Translations under genes and position numbers: made by a program | Source of the DNA: an uncultured Rikenellaceae bacterium | Lineage (GTDB): Bacteria; Bacteroidota; Bacteroidia; Bacteroidales; VadinHA17 | Length of the DNA stretch: 64,000 nt | Direction: 5' to 3' | NCBI GenBank assembly: GCA_964507015.1 | Contig: CAZDOM010000003.1 | Coordinates: forward strand, 1,085 to 65,084 | Shown here: in pieces, positions 8,776-19,212 of the stretch | Layout: each line of letters starts with the position of its first letter | How positions within the stretch are numbered: position 1 is the first letter of the stretch | Notes under the pieces: generated by a model | Databases searched by the model: none | Told to the model about the DNA's origin: nothing | The model's input: only the letters and a program-made list of their open reading frames with translations

Positions 8776-9945
8776 TTAATTAATAAAAATCCCGGCCAGC
8801 TTATTTTGTAAAGCTTCTCCCCTGAGTCCGGAGGCAATAATATTTCCCTCCCTGTCAATAAGGAAATTTGCCGGGATAGATTCAATTTTTAAAAGTGGAA
8901 CTACTACTGAGCTCCAGTATTTAAGATCACTGACATGTATCCATTTTTCAAGTCTATCCTCATTAATACCCTTGAGCCATGCATCACGGGTTTTATCGAG
9001 AGAGACCTGGTAAATCTCAAATCCTTTGTCATGGTAAAGATCATATACTCTGACAAGGTTGGGATTTTCTCTTCTGCAGGGACCGCACCATGCAGCCCAG
9101 ATATCCAAAAGTACTACGGAACCCCTTGTTGATGATAACAGGATAGTATCTCCATCAGGATTTGGTAGCGCTATCTCAGGTGCTTTTCCCATAGCTGGCA
9201 CCATACCGGAAGAAAAGGAGTCTTCAACAGAACCGGCTGAGATCAATTCGCTTACCTGTCTGTGGAGTGATTTAACCAATTCATATTCAGGGTACTTTAA
9301 TGAAAGAGATGAATCTACCTTAATATAATATTTAAGGTCCTTCTGTGGATGCAGAATATATTCCCCGGGAGCCACCTGCTGGTAAAGGGCGACCAGGCTT
9401 ACCAGGGAATTGATATTTTCGTCAATATATTTTTTTGTGTACAGGTTAATATCGATAAGGTATGATTTTGCCATGCTGTCGAGCCTTTCCATAACAAGTT
9501 GAAGCTCGGGTTTGTTAAGATTTTGCATGTAAATATCGCTCAGTTCAGATAGTTTGTTAATTGTATTGCGGAGCTCCCGATTGTAAGATGCCATCAGTTC
9601 GCTGTTCTTTGACCCGGTCAGGGTAATTGGATAATTAAGGGAGTCCTGGTATGCTGTCAGATTAATAATTTCACCAGGTTCAAGTAACAATGTCAGAAAA
9701 TTTGAATTATCAGTTTTAATAAGGTAGAAGGAGAGGAAGTCAATTTTCAGTGTAAGATGGAATGAACCATCTTCGGCTATATGAACAGAATCAACTGTAA
9801 TAAGTTCATTTCCTTTTAGTTCGTCGAGAAAAATATACTTGTCTGAAGTTGCATTTAATAGTTTGCCATTTATTTCATTTATATTATTTTTGCAGCCTGA
9901 AATTGCCAGACTGGCAATGAGGAACAATAATAGTATCCTGTTCAT
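8776..9945 (-). CDS. DUF4369 + TlpA/ResA-like disulfide reductase lipoprotein
   Basis: Lipobox ISGC; VVLLDIWAAWCGPCRRENP; IESIPANFLIDREG. Confidence 0.88.
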   Translation of the reverse strand: MNRILLLFLIASLAISGCKNNINEINGKLLNATSDKYIFLDELKGNELITVDSVHIAEDGSFHLTLKIDFLSFYLIKTDNSNFLTLLLEPGEIINLTAYQDSLNYPITLTGSKNSELMASYNRELRNTINKLSELSDIYMQNLNKPELQLVMERLDSMAKSYLIDINLYTKKYIDENINSLVSLVALYQQVAPGEYILHPQKDLKYYIKVDSSLSLKYPEYELVKSLHRQVSELISAGSVEDSFSSGMVPAMGKAPEIALPNPDGDTILLSSTRGSVVLLDIWAAWCGPCRRENPNLVRVYDLYHDKGFEIYQVSLDKTRDAWLKGINEDRLEKWIHVSDLKYWSSVVVPLLKIESIPANFLIDREGNIIASGLRGEALQNKLAGIFIN

Positions 9946-10118
9946 TTATGAGCTATTAATTGATAATTATTTAAAATTATTGAACTGCAAAGTTATTCTT
10001 TTTTTATTGCCGGGAGGCTGGCTGAAAAGTAAATTTTAACCTTATAATAGGTTTGCATTGTTTAATATTATTATTTAACTTAATAAACTTTTTATTTACT
10101 ACTGAAAGGATTTTGTTT

Positions 10119-12068
10119 ATGAGCTACATTAAGTTTGATAAGTGTCAGATTGTTAATCTTGAGTATTCGCTGGGACGGGAAATATTAAGAACAAACAGGG
10201 CGGGATCCTATGCATCGACAACGATTGTGGAATGCAATACCCGTAAATATCATGGATTGCTTGTTTGCCCTGTGGATGAGCTTGGTGGAGACCGGTTTGT
10301 TCTTTTGTCTTCTCTTGATGTGACCATTGTCAATAATGATAAAAGCTTTAATATAGGGATTAGAAAATACAAAAGCGATTATTTCAGTCCCAAAGGGCAT
10401 AAATACGTTGAAGATTTTGAAACAGAGATCATCCCTATGCGGATTTTCAGAGTTGGGGGTGTTTTGCTGAAGGTTGAAAGACTGCTTGTTCATTATGAAG
10501 AACAGTTAATCGTCAGATATACTGTCATGGAAGCTTCAGAACCGATGAAGCTTCAGATAAGACCATTACTTGCATTTCGTAGTATTCATGAACTTACTCA
10601 TGCAAATTTGGCCGCAAATATTAAATCCGAACCGGTTAAGAATGGAATCAAATCCAAACTCTATGAAGGATTCCCATGGTTGCATATGCAATTTTCTTCT
10701 CCTGTAGATTTTGTTCCTGTTCCCGACTGGTATCTTGGAGTTGAATATCTGGAAGAACAAAAAAGAGGTTATGATTATTCAGAAGATCTTTTTACTCCGG
10801 GGTTTTTTGAGCTGGAAGCAAAGAAGGGTGATAGTATAGTGTTTTCTGCCTCTACAAAAGAAGAAAATACAGCGGGATTAAAAGCAAAATTCACAAAGAC
10901 AGTTGCAGGGAAAACTCCCCGTGACTCTTTTATCAACTGCCTGAGAAATGCAGCCCAGCAATTTGTTGAAAAGCGTGGTGAAGATACACTCTTAATAGCA
11001 GGATACCCTTGGTTCGGAGCATGGGGGAGAGATACATTTATATCCCTTCCGGGTATTGCGTTAGCCAGGCAAAAACTTACACTGTACAGGGATGTTCTTG
11101 ATACACAGGTGAGAAGAATGAAGGATGGACTTTTCCCAAATTTGGGATTAGAAGGGAACTATGCTTTCAATTCTGTTGATGCCCCTTTATGGTTCTTCTG
11201 GGCATTGCAACAATATGTTATTAATGGAGGATCCGATTGCTGCCAGCGTTATGGTGAGGCTGCCAAATCGGTTCTGAATGCTTATAAATATGGTACCGCA
11301 TTCAACATTCATGTACGCGACAACGGCCTTGTATATGCTGATGCTCCCGGAAAAGCTCTTACATGGATGGATGCTGTTGTCAATGGGATTCCCGTAACAC
11401 CGAGAAGGGGCTATGCAGTAGAAATAAATGCATTGTGGTACAATGCTGTTTGCTTTACCCTAGAAATGGCAAAGGTTGAAAAGGATAAAGCTTTTATAAA
11501 AGAATATGAGTATTTACCGGAACTGATAAAGAAATCATTTATTGAGATGTTTTGGGATGAGAATAAGGCTTACCTGGCCGACTACGTAAATGATGACGAG
11601 GGAAGCAATTTCTTTGTAAGACCAAATATGGTAATAGCTGTATCTTTACCCTATTCGATGCTTGATAAGGAACAGATGAAAAAGGTTCTGGATGTTGCAG
11701 ATAAAGAGCTTGTTACACCAAGAGGCCTAAGGTCTCTTTCACCAGCCGACAGGTTGTACAAAGGAACCTATGCAGGTGATCAGAAAGAAAGGGATAACGC
11801 TTATCACCAGGGAACAGTCTGGCCATGGCTGGTAGGGCCATTCTGTGAAGGATGGTTAAAGTTATACGGTAAGCAGGGTATTCAGAAAGTAGAGGATCTT
11901 ATTTATGGATTTGAAGAGGTGATGGCGGAACATGGTGTAAGTACTCTGTCGGAAATACACGACGGTGATCCCCCACATGCACCCAGGGGTGCAATATCAC
12001 AGGCCTGGAGTGTTGGCGAGGTATTAAGGATTATAGATCTCCTTGAAAGTAAATATTCAAATCTTTAA
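10119..12068 (+). CDS. Glycogen debranching enzyme, archaeal/Bacteroidota type (amylo-alpha-1,6-glucosidase, GH133-like)
   Basis: N-terminal TRKYHGLL; IAGYPWFGAWGRDTFISLPG, LTWMDA, YHQGTVWPWL and QAWSVGE. Start moved to MSYIKF at 10119. Confidence 0.9.
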   Translation: MSYIKFDKCQIVNLEYSLGREILRTNRAGSYASTTIVECNTRKYHGLLVCPVDELGGDRFVLLSSLDVTIVNNDKSFNIGIRKYKSDYFSPKGHKYVEDFETEIIPMRIFRVGGVLLKVERLLVHYEEQLIVRYTVMEASEPMKLQIRPLLAFRSIHELTHANLAANIKSEPVKNGIKSKLYEGFPWLHMQFSSPVDFVPVPDWYLGVEYLEEQKRGYDYSEDLFTPGFFELEAKKGDSIVFSASTKEENTAGLKAKFTKTVAGKTPRDSFINCLRNAAQQFVEKRGEDTLLIAGYPWFGAWGRDTFISLPGIALARQKLTLYRDVLDTQVRRMKDGLFPNLGLEGNYAFNSVDAPLWFFWALQQYVINGGSDCCQRYGEAAKSVLNAYKYGTAFNIHVRDNGLVYADAPGKALTWMDAVVNGIPVTPRRGYAVEINALWYNAVCFTLEMAKVEKDKAFIKEYEYLPELIKKSFIEMFWDENKAYLADYVNDDEGSNFFVRPNMVIAVSLPYSMLDKEQMKKVLDVADKELVTPRGLRSLSPADRLYKGTYAGDQKERDNAYHQGTVWPWLVGPFCEGWLKLYGKQGIQKVEDLIYGFEEVMAEHGVSTLSEIHDGDPPHAPRGAISQAWSVGEVLRIIDLLESKYSNL

Positions 12069-12079
12069 AGGAAGAAAAG

Positions 12080-13372
12080 ATGCGTGTGTTAATGTTTGGG
12101 TGGGAATTTCCACCCCATATTTCAGGGGGGCTCGGTACTGCCAGCTTCGGTTTGACAAAAGGTATGTCAAAGCTGGACAACCTGGAAGTCATCTTTGTTG
12201 TTCCAAAGGCATGGGGAGATGAGGAAGAAAGCGTTGGTCGACTTATAGGAGCAAATAAAGTACCGGTCGCTTATAAACAGATCTATTATAAAGGATTCAG
12301 GAGTCCTGTTGAAAAAATTGAGGTTTCATCTAAAATAATCCCATATGTCGATCCGCAAGATTTCTGGAAACTGATTAAATCGGAAATAAGCGGACACAGA
12401 CTGTTTGTTCAGACAAACAACAAGGGAATGATCGATTTTTCAGGTAAATACGACAGTAATTTGCTTGATGAGATCTATAAATATTCCATTGTAGCATCTG
12501 TGATTGCCGAAGAAAATGAATTTGATATTATTCATGCACATGATTGGCTTGCCTATCCTGCAGGAATAGCAGCCATGGAGGTTTCAGGAAAACCGTTGGT
12601 AATACATGTACATGCCACAGATTTTGACAGAAGCGGTGGTAATGTAAATCCTGATGTATACCGTATTGAAAAAAGCGGCATGGATGCAGCATCCAAAATA
12701 ATAACGGTCAGTAACCTCACACGCGACATTGTAATCAATAAATATAATGTTCACCCTGATAAGGTAGAAACGGTCTACAATGCCGTTGAACCTGTTACTG
12801 TTTATGAGGATCCGGAAATGAAAAAGGGATTCGATGAAAAGGTAGTTACATTTCTTGGAAGGATTACTCTTCAGAAGGGACCGGAATACTTCATCGAAGC
12901 AGCCCACCGGGTCTTAAGGGTAATGAACAATGTAAGGTTTGTGATGGCTGGTTCAGGCGATATGATGGACAGGATGATGAGAAGAGCAGCATCGCTCAAA
13001 ATTACTGACCGTTTCCATTTTACAGGATTTCTGCATGGAAGGGAAGTTTTTACAATGCTGGCGATGAGTGATGTGTATATAATGCCCTCAGTATCAGAGC
13101 CATTTGGCATATCCCCACTGGAAGCCATGCAGTCAAATGTACCGGTAATAATCAGCAAACAATCCGGAGTTGCTGAAATACTTACACATGCAGTTAAAAC
13201 TGACTTCTGGGACATTGATGCAATGGCCGATGCGATCTATGGTATTCTTAACTATCCTGCTCTGGCACATATGTTTATCAGAAACGGCAAGGAAGAGGTT
13301 ATCAGGCTTAAATGGGATAACTCGGCAAAACATGTTAAGGATATTTATGAAAGAGTGATTTGGAATAAATAG
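12080..13372 (+). CDS. GT4-family glycosyltransferase (candidate glucan synthase)
   Basis: WEFPPHISGGLG, HAHDW and EPFGISPLE (EX7E motif); lies within the glycogen cluster. Confidence 0.88.
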   Translation: MRVLMFGWEFPPHISGGLGTASFGLTKGMSKLDNLEVIFVVPKAWGDEEESVGRLIGANKVPVAYKQIYYKGFRSPVEKIEVSSKIIPYVDPQDFWKLIKSEISGHRLFVQTNNKGMIDFSGKYDSNLLDEIYKYSIVASVIAEENEFDIIHAHDWLAYPAGIAAMEVSGKPLVIHVHATDFDRSGGNVNPDVYRIEKSGMDAASKIITVSNLTRDIVINKYNVHPDKVETVYNAVEPVTVYEDPEMKKGFDEKVVTFLGRITLQKGPEYFIEAAHRVLRVMNNVRFVMAGSGDMMDRMMRRAASLKITDRFHFTGFLHGREVFTMLAMSDVYIMPSVSEPFGISPLEAMQSNVPVIISKQSGVAEILTHAVKTDFWDIDAMADAIYGILNYPALAHMFIRNGKEEVIRLKWDNSAKHVKDIYERVIWNK

Positions 13373-13381
13373 TATTAAAAT

Positions 13382-14959
13382 ATGAGAGCAGCAGGTAAAA
13401 AAGCAATCTGCCTGTATTTTCAGGTACATCAGCCTTTCAGGCTGAAACGTTACAGATTTTTTGACCTTGGGCATGATCATTATTATTATGATGATTATTC
13501 GAATGAGTCAATAATGAGAAAAGTTGCAGAGAAATGTTATATCCCTGCAAATAAGATAATATTGGATCTCATTAACAAACATAAAGATAAGTTTAAAGTA
13601 ACCTTTTCTCTGTCAGGAACAGTAATAGATCAATTCAGACTATATGCACCCGAAGTACTAGATTCATTCAGGGAGCTTGCAGAGACAGGAATGGTGGAAT
13701 TTCTTGCCGAGACTAATTCTCATTCACTGGCATCCCTGAAAAGCAGGGAGCAGTTTGAAGAACAGGTAAAGATCCACAGGGAGATGATAAAAACATACCT
13801 GAACGTTGAACCTAAATCATTCAGAAATACTGAGTTGATATATTCCGACCAGATAGGTGAATGGGTTGCAGATATGGGTTTCAAGTCAATGCTGACAGAA
13901 GGGGCAAAACATGTACTGGGATGGAAAAGCCCCAATTATTTATACTGTAACTCAATAAATCCACGATTGAAAGTACTGCTCCGGAATTTTGTATTAAGCG
14001 ATGATATAGCCTTCAGATTCTCAAATAAAAGCTGGAGCGCATGGCCTCTGACAGCAGAAAAATATGCTTCATGGATCAGTAAACTTAGTCCCGGCAGTGA
14101 ACTGATAAATATATTTCTCGACTATGAAACGTTTGGTGAACATAACTGGAAGGAAACAGGTATATTCGATTTTCTTAAGCATCTTCCCGGAGCCATCCTT
14201 AAGAAGACCCCATTTAGATTTATGACACCTGCAGAAGTTGCTGAGGCATTACAGCCTGTCTCTGCCATAAGTGTTCCTTCACCTATCTCGTGGGCCGATG
14301 AAGAACGTGATATAACTGCCTGGATGGGTAATGAATTACAGGTAGCTGCCCTCGATAAACTGTATGAATTATCAGATAAAGTAAAGATTTGTATTGACAA
14401 TGAACAACTTAAAAAAGATTTTGAATACCTTCAGTCGAGTGACCACTTCTATTACATGGCTACAAAATTCTTTTCAGATGGCGTTGTTCATGCATATTTT
14501 AATCCCTATGAAACCCCATACGATGCATTTATGAATTACATGAATGTACTGAGCGATTTTGAAATAAGGGTCAACAGAAGCCTTCCTGCTGTTAATGACA
14601 AGGAACAACTCTCAAAACTTGAGGCTATACTATTGGAAAAGGAAAAAATCATTAAACAACAGTCAGCAGAAATAGAAAAATTTAAAAAACGAACTCCGAA
14701 AACAAAATCCGGACGCTCAGAATCTGCATCAAAAGAACTTAAAACCTCTTTACAGGAAATGGCTCATGAATTACTTTCTGAATCAAGCAAAAAAACTACT
14801 CCGGAAAAGAAACCAGCAACGGCTGCAAAACGAAAAGCGCCAGCTAAAGCAAAGAGTACCAAGGTAAATGGAACTAAAAAGAAAGCTGTTGCGAAAAAAA
14901 CAGTATCCAAAAAAACTACATCAAAAAAAACCAGTGGCACAACAAAGAAAGCCAAGTAA
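13382..14959 (+). CDS. GH57 alpha-amylase-family protein with C-terminal coiled coil and Lys/Ala-rich tail
   Basis: QVHQP, FRNTELIY (nucleophile Glu), LDYETFGEH, SWADEERD and SSDHFYYM. About 125 aa extension after residue 400. Confidence 0.9.
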   Translation: MRAAGKKAICLYFQVHQPFRLKRYRFFDLGHDHYYYDDYSNESIMRKVAEKCYIPANKIILDLINKHKDKFKVTFSLSGTVIDQFRLYAPEVLDSFRELAETGMVEFLAETNSHSLASLKSREQFEEQVKIHREMIKTYLNVEPKSFRNTELIYSDQIGEWVADMGFKSMLTEGAKHVLGWKSPNYLYCNSINPRLKVLLRNFVLSDDIAFRFSNKSWSAWPLTAEKYASWISKLSPGSELINIFLDYETFGEHNWKETGIFDFLKHLPGAILKKTPFRFMTPAEVAEALQPVSAISVPSPISWADEERDITAWMGNELQVAALDKLYELSDKVKICIDNEQLKKDFEYLQSSDHFYYMATKFFSDGVVHAYFNPYETPYDAFMNYMNVLSDFEIRVNRSLPAVNDKEQLSKLEAILLEKEKIIKQQSAEIEKFKKRTPKTKSGRSESASKELKTSLQEMAHELLSESSKKTTPEKKPATAAKRKAPAKAKSTKVNGTKKKAVAKKTVSKKTTSKKTSGTTKKAK

Positions 14960-14988
14960 CTAAATTCTTGTATTAAGAAAAACATATC

Positions 14989-17900
14989 ATGAAGGTTGAT
15001 TTTATATTCGAAACCAGTTGGGAAGTATGTAATAAGGTAGGGGGTATACACACTGTCATTTCAACAAAGGCACTTAATATTGTTGATGAAATAGGTGATA
15101 ACTATATACTTATTGGTCCGGATGTTTGGCGTGAGGAAGTAAAAAACCCCGAATTCATTCCGGATGAATCTCTCTATTCAGAGTGGAAAGGAAGAGCAGA
15201 ATCAGATGGACTGAGGGTAAAGACAGGAAGATGGAATATTGCAGGTAAACCTGTTGTTTTTCTGATAGACTTTACTCCATATTTTGGACAACAAAATGAA
15301 ATATTTGCACATTTCTGGGAGACCTACAAGCTTGACAGCATATCCGGACAGTGGGATTATGTTGAACCGGCTCTTTTTGGCTATGCTGCAGGTAAGCTTA
15401 TAGAGAGTTTTACCTCTTTTTACCATGACCATCATAATATTGTTGCGCAATTCCATGAGTGGATGACAGGTACAGGAATCCTGTATCTTAAGAAACAGGT
15501 ACCCTGGATCGCTACATCATTTACATCCCATGCCACAGTTTTGGGAAGATGTATTGCCGGAAACAACAGGCCGTTATATGGCAAGATGAAGGAGTATAAT
15601 CCCGGGCAGATAGCCCGTGAATTCAATATTGTTGCCAAACAGTCACTTGAAAAACTCACTGCATCTATAGCCGATGTCTTTACAACAGTCAGCGGGATAA
15701 CATCAAAAGAGTGCAGTCATTTTCTGGGGAAGGATGTCGACATAGTTACTCCAAATGGCTTTGAAGATTCATTTGTTCCGACAAGTGATGTTTTTGATGA
15801 TAAAAGGGGTGATGCAAGGAACAGCCTGAAAAGTGTTGCAGAGGCTATTCTTGGATATACCCTGGATGACAATACTGTTTTTATCGTAAACAGCGGCAGG
15901 TACGAATTCAGAAACAAAGGAGTCGATATTTTCATTGATTCTCTGGGCCAGCTAAACAAATCGGATGATCTTAAAAAAGAGTGTGTGGCTTTTATTCTGA
16001 TGCCTGCATACCATAAAGGGCCCAGGCAGGATCTGGTTAATATATTATATAATAACGGACCTGCAAATGGAGGCGACAGATATCTTACCCACAGTTTGCA
16101 CTATCCTGATTCGGATCCGGTTCTTCAGCGTATTAAAGCAAATAACCTGAATAATGACCAGAAGTCAAAGGTTAAAATAATATTTGCTCCCTCCTATCTG
16201 AATGGTAATGACGGGATATTTAACTTATCATACTATGATCTGCTTATAGGATTTGACCTCTCTGTTTTTCCCTCTTACTATGAACCATGGGGGTATACAC
16301 CTCTTGAGAGCCTTATGTTCTCAATCCCCACAGTTACAACCTTATTATCCGGATTCGGCCTTTGGGTACAGGAATATTTTGAGAATCCCGGCAATGGTAT
16401 TGCACTGATCAAAAGGACTGATGATAATGAAAGCAAGGTTGTTACCGACATCAGGGATTTCATAATGACATTTATCGGACTCTCAGAAAATGAAATTCAG
16501 GAGGCAAGAGCTAAGGCACATGAGATATCAAGGATTGCAATGTGGAATTCGCTTGTAGAATATTATTTCAAGGCTTATGAAATTGCACTTGAGCACAGCA
16601 AATCCCGCAGGGAGGAACCAAGAGAGTTTGTAAGGTTTGTTGAAGCTCCGGGGGTACCTGTTCGAAAACCTCACCAGGTGCCTGTATGGAAAGATATATA
16701 TGTTCAGAGTGATGTACCGGAGAAGATATCTTTTCTTAATACCCTGGCAAATAATTTATGGTGGTCATGGAATCCTGATGCTGAACATCTGTTCAAGAGA
16801 ATGGATCCCAGTCTGTGGGAAGAAGTAAAGCATAATCCTAAACTTCTTCTCGAAAAAATTGACTATAAAAGGCTTCTGGTTCTTGAGGATGATGAAGAAT
16901 TTGTTGCCGATCTTAATAAGGTCGATAAAGAATTCAGGGAATATATGAACCGTGAGGATGATCCTGAAAAACCATGTATAGCATACTTCAGTATGGAGTT
17001 TGGAATACACCCCTGTCTTAAAATATATTCAGGAGGACTTGGTCTTCTTGCAGGTGATTATCTTAAAGAAGCCAGCGACTCCAATCTACATATTATTGGG
17101 ATTGGGCTTATGTACAGGTATGGTTATTTCAAACAAAAGATAGGTCCAAAGGGAGAACAGCTTGCAGTATATGAAGCAGAAGAATTTTCAAGGCTTCCAA
17201 TCAACCAGGTAAAAGATAAGGATGGAAATAGCCTCGTTGTGAGTATTGTATGGCCGGGACGTACTGTAAAAATAAGGGTATGGGAGGCAATGGTCGGCAA
17301 AGTACGGCTTATACTCCTGGATACCGATAATGATGAAAATACACCTGAGGACAGGACTGTTACTCATTATCTCTATGGCGGAGATAATGAAAACAGACTG
17401 CGCCAGGAACTTGTTCTTGGAATAGGAGGGATGAGAGCACTTAATGCTTTGGGATTAAAACCAGATATTTTCCATAGTAATGAAGGCCATTCAGCTTTTA
17501 TTAGCCTTGAAAGACTGAGAACAATGATCGAAGAGAATCATCTTACATTTTGGGAAGCCCTCGAAGCTGTAAGGTCAACAACGCTCTTTACAACCCACAC
17601 ACCGGTTCCGGCCGGTCATGATGCTTTTGATGAAGACCTGCTTAGAAAATATATATCTCATTATCACAGCAGGTTAAATATTACATGGGAAGAGCTCATG
17701 GCTCTCGGCAGATGCGAAGGTGATGCCGACAGGAAGTTCAATATGAGTTTCCTGGCAACACGTATGTCGCAGGAGGTTAATGGTGTCAGTAAGCTCCATG
17801 GTGAAGTGAGCCAGGGGATGTTCAATAAATTATGGCCAGGGTTTCTTAAGGAAGAACTTTTTATCGGGTATGTAACCAACGGGGTACATTATCCTACCTG

Positions 17901-19212
17901 GACAGCAACAGAATGGAAAGAGGTTTACAAAGAACTTACAGGGAGTATAAATTTTGACCAGACCGACAGATCACTTTGGGAAAAGCTATACACTGTAGAC
18001 GATAAAAGAATCTATGAAATCAAAAAGGGACTAAAACAGAGTCTCTTCTCAAATATCAGAAAGAGACTCCAGACCAATATGATTGAGAAACACGTGAGTC
18101 CGCGTACACTTCTCAATATCAGCAGTCATCTTGATGAAAAGGCACTTACAATAGGTTTTGCCAGACGTTTTGCCACATATAAAAGGGCAACACTTCTGTT
18201 CAGGGATCTCGACAGACTTGATCGTATTGTGAATAATCCTGAACGACCGGTCCAGTTTATCTATGCAGGCAAGGCACATCCTCATGACGGAGGTGGTAAA
18301 GACCTAATTAAAAGGATATTCGAAGTTTCACAGATGCCCCAATTTGCCGGTAAGGTAATATTCCTTGAGAATTATGATATCGAAATGGCAAAATATCTTG
18401 TCAGAGGTGTCGATATTTGGTTGAATACCCCGACAAGACCACTGGAGGCATCAGGAACAAGCGGGGAAAAATCAGTGATGAACGGTACTATCCATTTCAG
18501 TGTTCTCGACGGTTGGTGGGTTGAAGGATACAGGGCCTTTGCTGGCTGGGCACTACCAATGAAAAGAACTTTTGATAATCAGGATCTCCAGGATGATGTG
18601 GATGCTGAAACAATCTATAATATGCTTGAATATGAAATAATACCCGCATATTACTCATTTGATGATAATGGTGTTCCTGTTGAGTGGATAAGCCTGATAA
18701 AGAATACAATGGTGAAAATAGCACCGGAATTCACAATGAAAAGACAGCTGGATGATTATTATGAGAAATATTATTCAAAACTGTTTGCCCGGGGAAAATA
18801 TCTGATTCAAAATAATTTTGAGAAAGCAAAAGAGCTGTCAGCATGGAAAAAAACAATGATTGATGAATGGGATAATATTGAGGTTCTGAATTACAGTTTT
18901 GAGAAACCTGAAGAAAATGTATACCATTCAGGGCGAGATTACAAAGCAGAAATAGCCCTCAATGTCAAAAATATACCTAAAGAAAATGTTGGTGTTGAAT
19001 TCATTATTACACACACGAGTAAACGGGGCGAACATGAATTTGTAGCAAGTGAAGAGTTTGAACTGGTAAGCTGTAAAAGTGGTAAATGTCTGTACAAAGC
19101 AATTCTTGTGCCTGAAAAAGCCGGAACATTCTCATATGGTATAAGGATTTATCCAAAACATAAAGACCTTCCGCACAAACAGGATTTCTACCTTCTGAGG
19201 TGGATCGACTAA
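14989..19212 (+). CDS. glgP: Fused GT3 glycogen synthase + GT35 alpha-glucan phosphorylase
   Basis: N-half has WEVCNKVGGI and PSYYEPWGYTPLE (GT3). C-half from about 16678 has NLWWSW, YSGGLGLLAGD, ARRFATYKR and the PLP-Lys motif EASGTSGEK. Single open frame of 1407 aa. Confidence 0.92.
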   Translation: MKVDFIFETSWEVCNKVGGIHTVISTKALNIVDEIGDNYILIGPDVWREEVKNPEFIPDESLYSEWKGRAESDGLRVKTGRWNIAGKPVVFLIDFTPYFGQQNEIFAHFWETYKLDSISGQWDYVEPALFGYAAGKLIESFTSFYHDHHNIVAQFHEWMTGTGILYLKKQVPWIATSFTSHATVLGRCIAGNNRPLYGKMKEYNPGQIAREFNIVAKQSLEKLTASIADVFTTVSGITSKECSHFLGKDVDIVTPNGFEDSFVPTSDVFDDKRGDARNSLKSVAEAILGYTLDDNTVFIVNSGRYEFRNKGVDIFIDSLGQLNKSDDLKKECVAFILMPAYHKGPRQDLVNILYNNGPANGGDRYLTHSLHYPDSDPVLQRIKANNLNNDQKSKVKIIFAPSYLNGNDGIFNLSYYDLLIGFDLSVFPSYYEPWGYTPLESLMFSIPTVTTLLSGFGLWVQEYFENPGNGIALIKRTDDNESKVVTDIRDFIMTFIGLSENEIQEARAKAHEISRIAMWNSLVEYYFKAYEIALEHSKSRREEPREFVRFVEAPGVPVRKPHQVPVWKDIYVQSDVPEKISFLNTLANNLWWSWNPDAEHLFKRMDPSLWEEVKHNPKLLLEKIDYKRLLVLEDDEEFVADLNKVDKEFREYMNREDDPEKPCIAYFSMEFGIHPCLKIYSGGLGLLAGDYLKEASDSNLHIIGIGLMYRYGYFKQKIGPKGEQLAVYEAEEFSRLPINQVKDKDGNSLVVSIVWPGRTVKIRVWEAMVGKVRLILLDTDNDENTPEDRTVTHYLYGGDNENRLRQELVLGIGGMRALNALGLKPDIFHSNEGHSAFISLERLRTMIEENHLTFWEALEAVRSTTLFTTHTPVPAGHDAFDEDLLRKYISHYHSRLNITWEELMALGRCEGDADRKFNMSFLATRMSQEVNGVSKLHGEVSQGMFNKLWPGFLKEELFIGYVTNGVHYPTWTATEWKEVYKELTGSINFDQTDRSLWEKLYTVDDKRIYEIKKGLKQSLFSNIRKRLQTNMIEKHVSPRTLLNISSHLDEKALTIGFARRFATYKRATLLFRDLDRLDRIVNNPERPVQFIYAGKAHPHDGGGKDLIKRIFEVSQMPQFAGKVIFLENYDIEMAKYLVRGVDIWLNTPTRPLEASGTSGEKSVMNGTIHFSVLDGWWVEGYRAFAGWALPMKRTFDNQDLQDDVDAETIYNMLEYEIIPAYYSFDDNGVPVEWISLIKNTMVKIAPEFTMKRQLDDYYEKYYSKLFARGKYLIQNNFEKAKELSAWKKTMIDEWDNIEVLNYSFEKPEENVYHSGRDYKAEIALNVKNIPKENVGVEFIITHTSKRGEHEFVASEEFELVSCKSGKCLYKAILVPEKAGTFSYGIRIYPKHKDLPHKQDFYLLRWID

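Noticed and set aside
14764-15051. Antisense ORF over the GH57 tail (also 31042-31605 over rplU)
   Set aside because: These Phe/Leu/Ala-rich ORFs are reverse-complement shadows of Lys-rich coding sequence, with no independent evidence.
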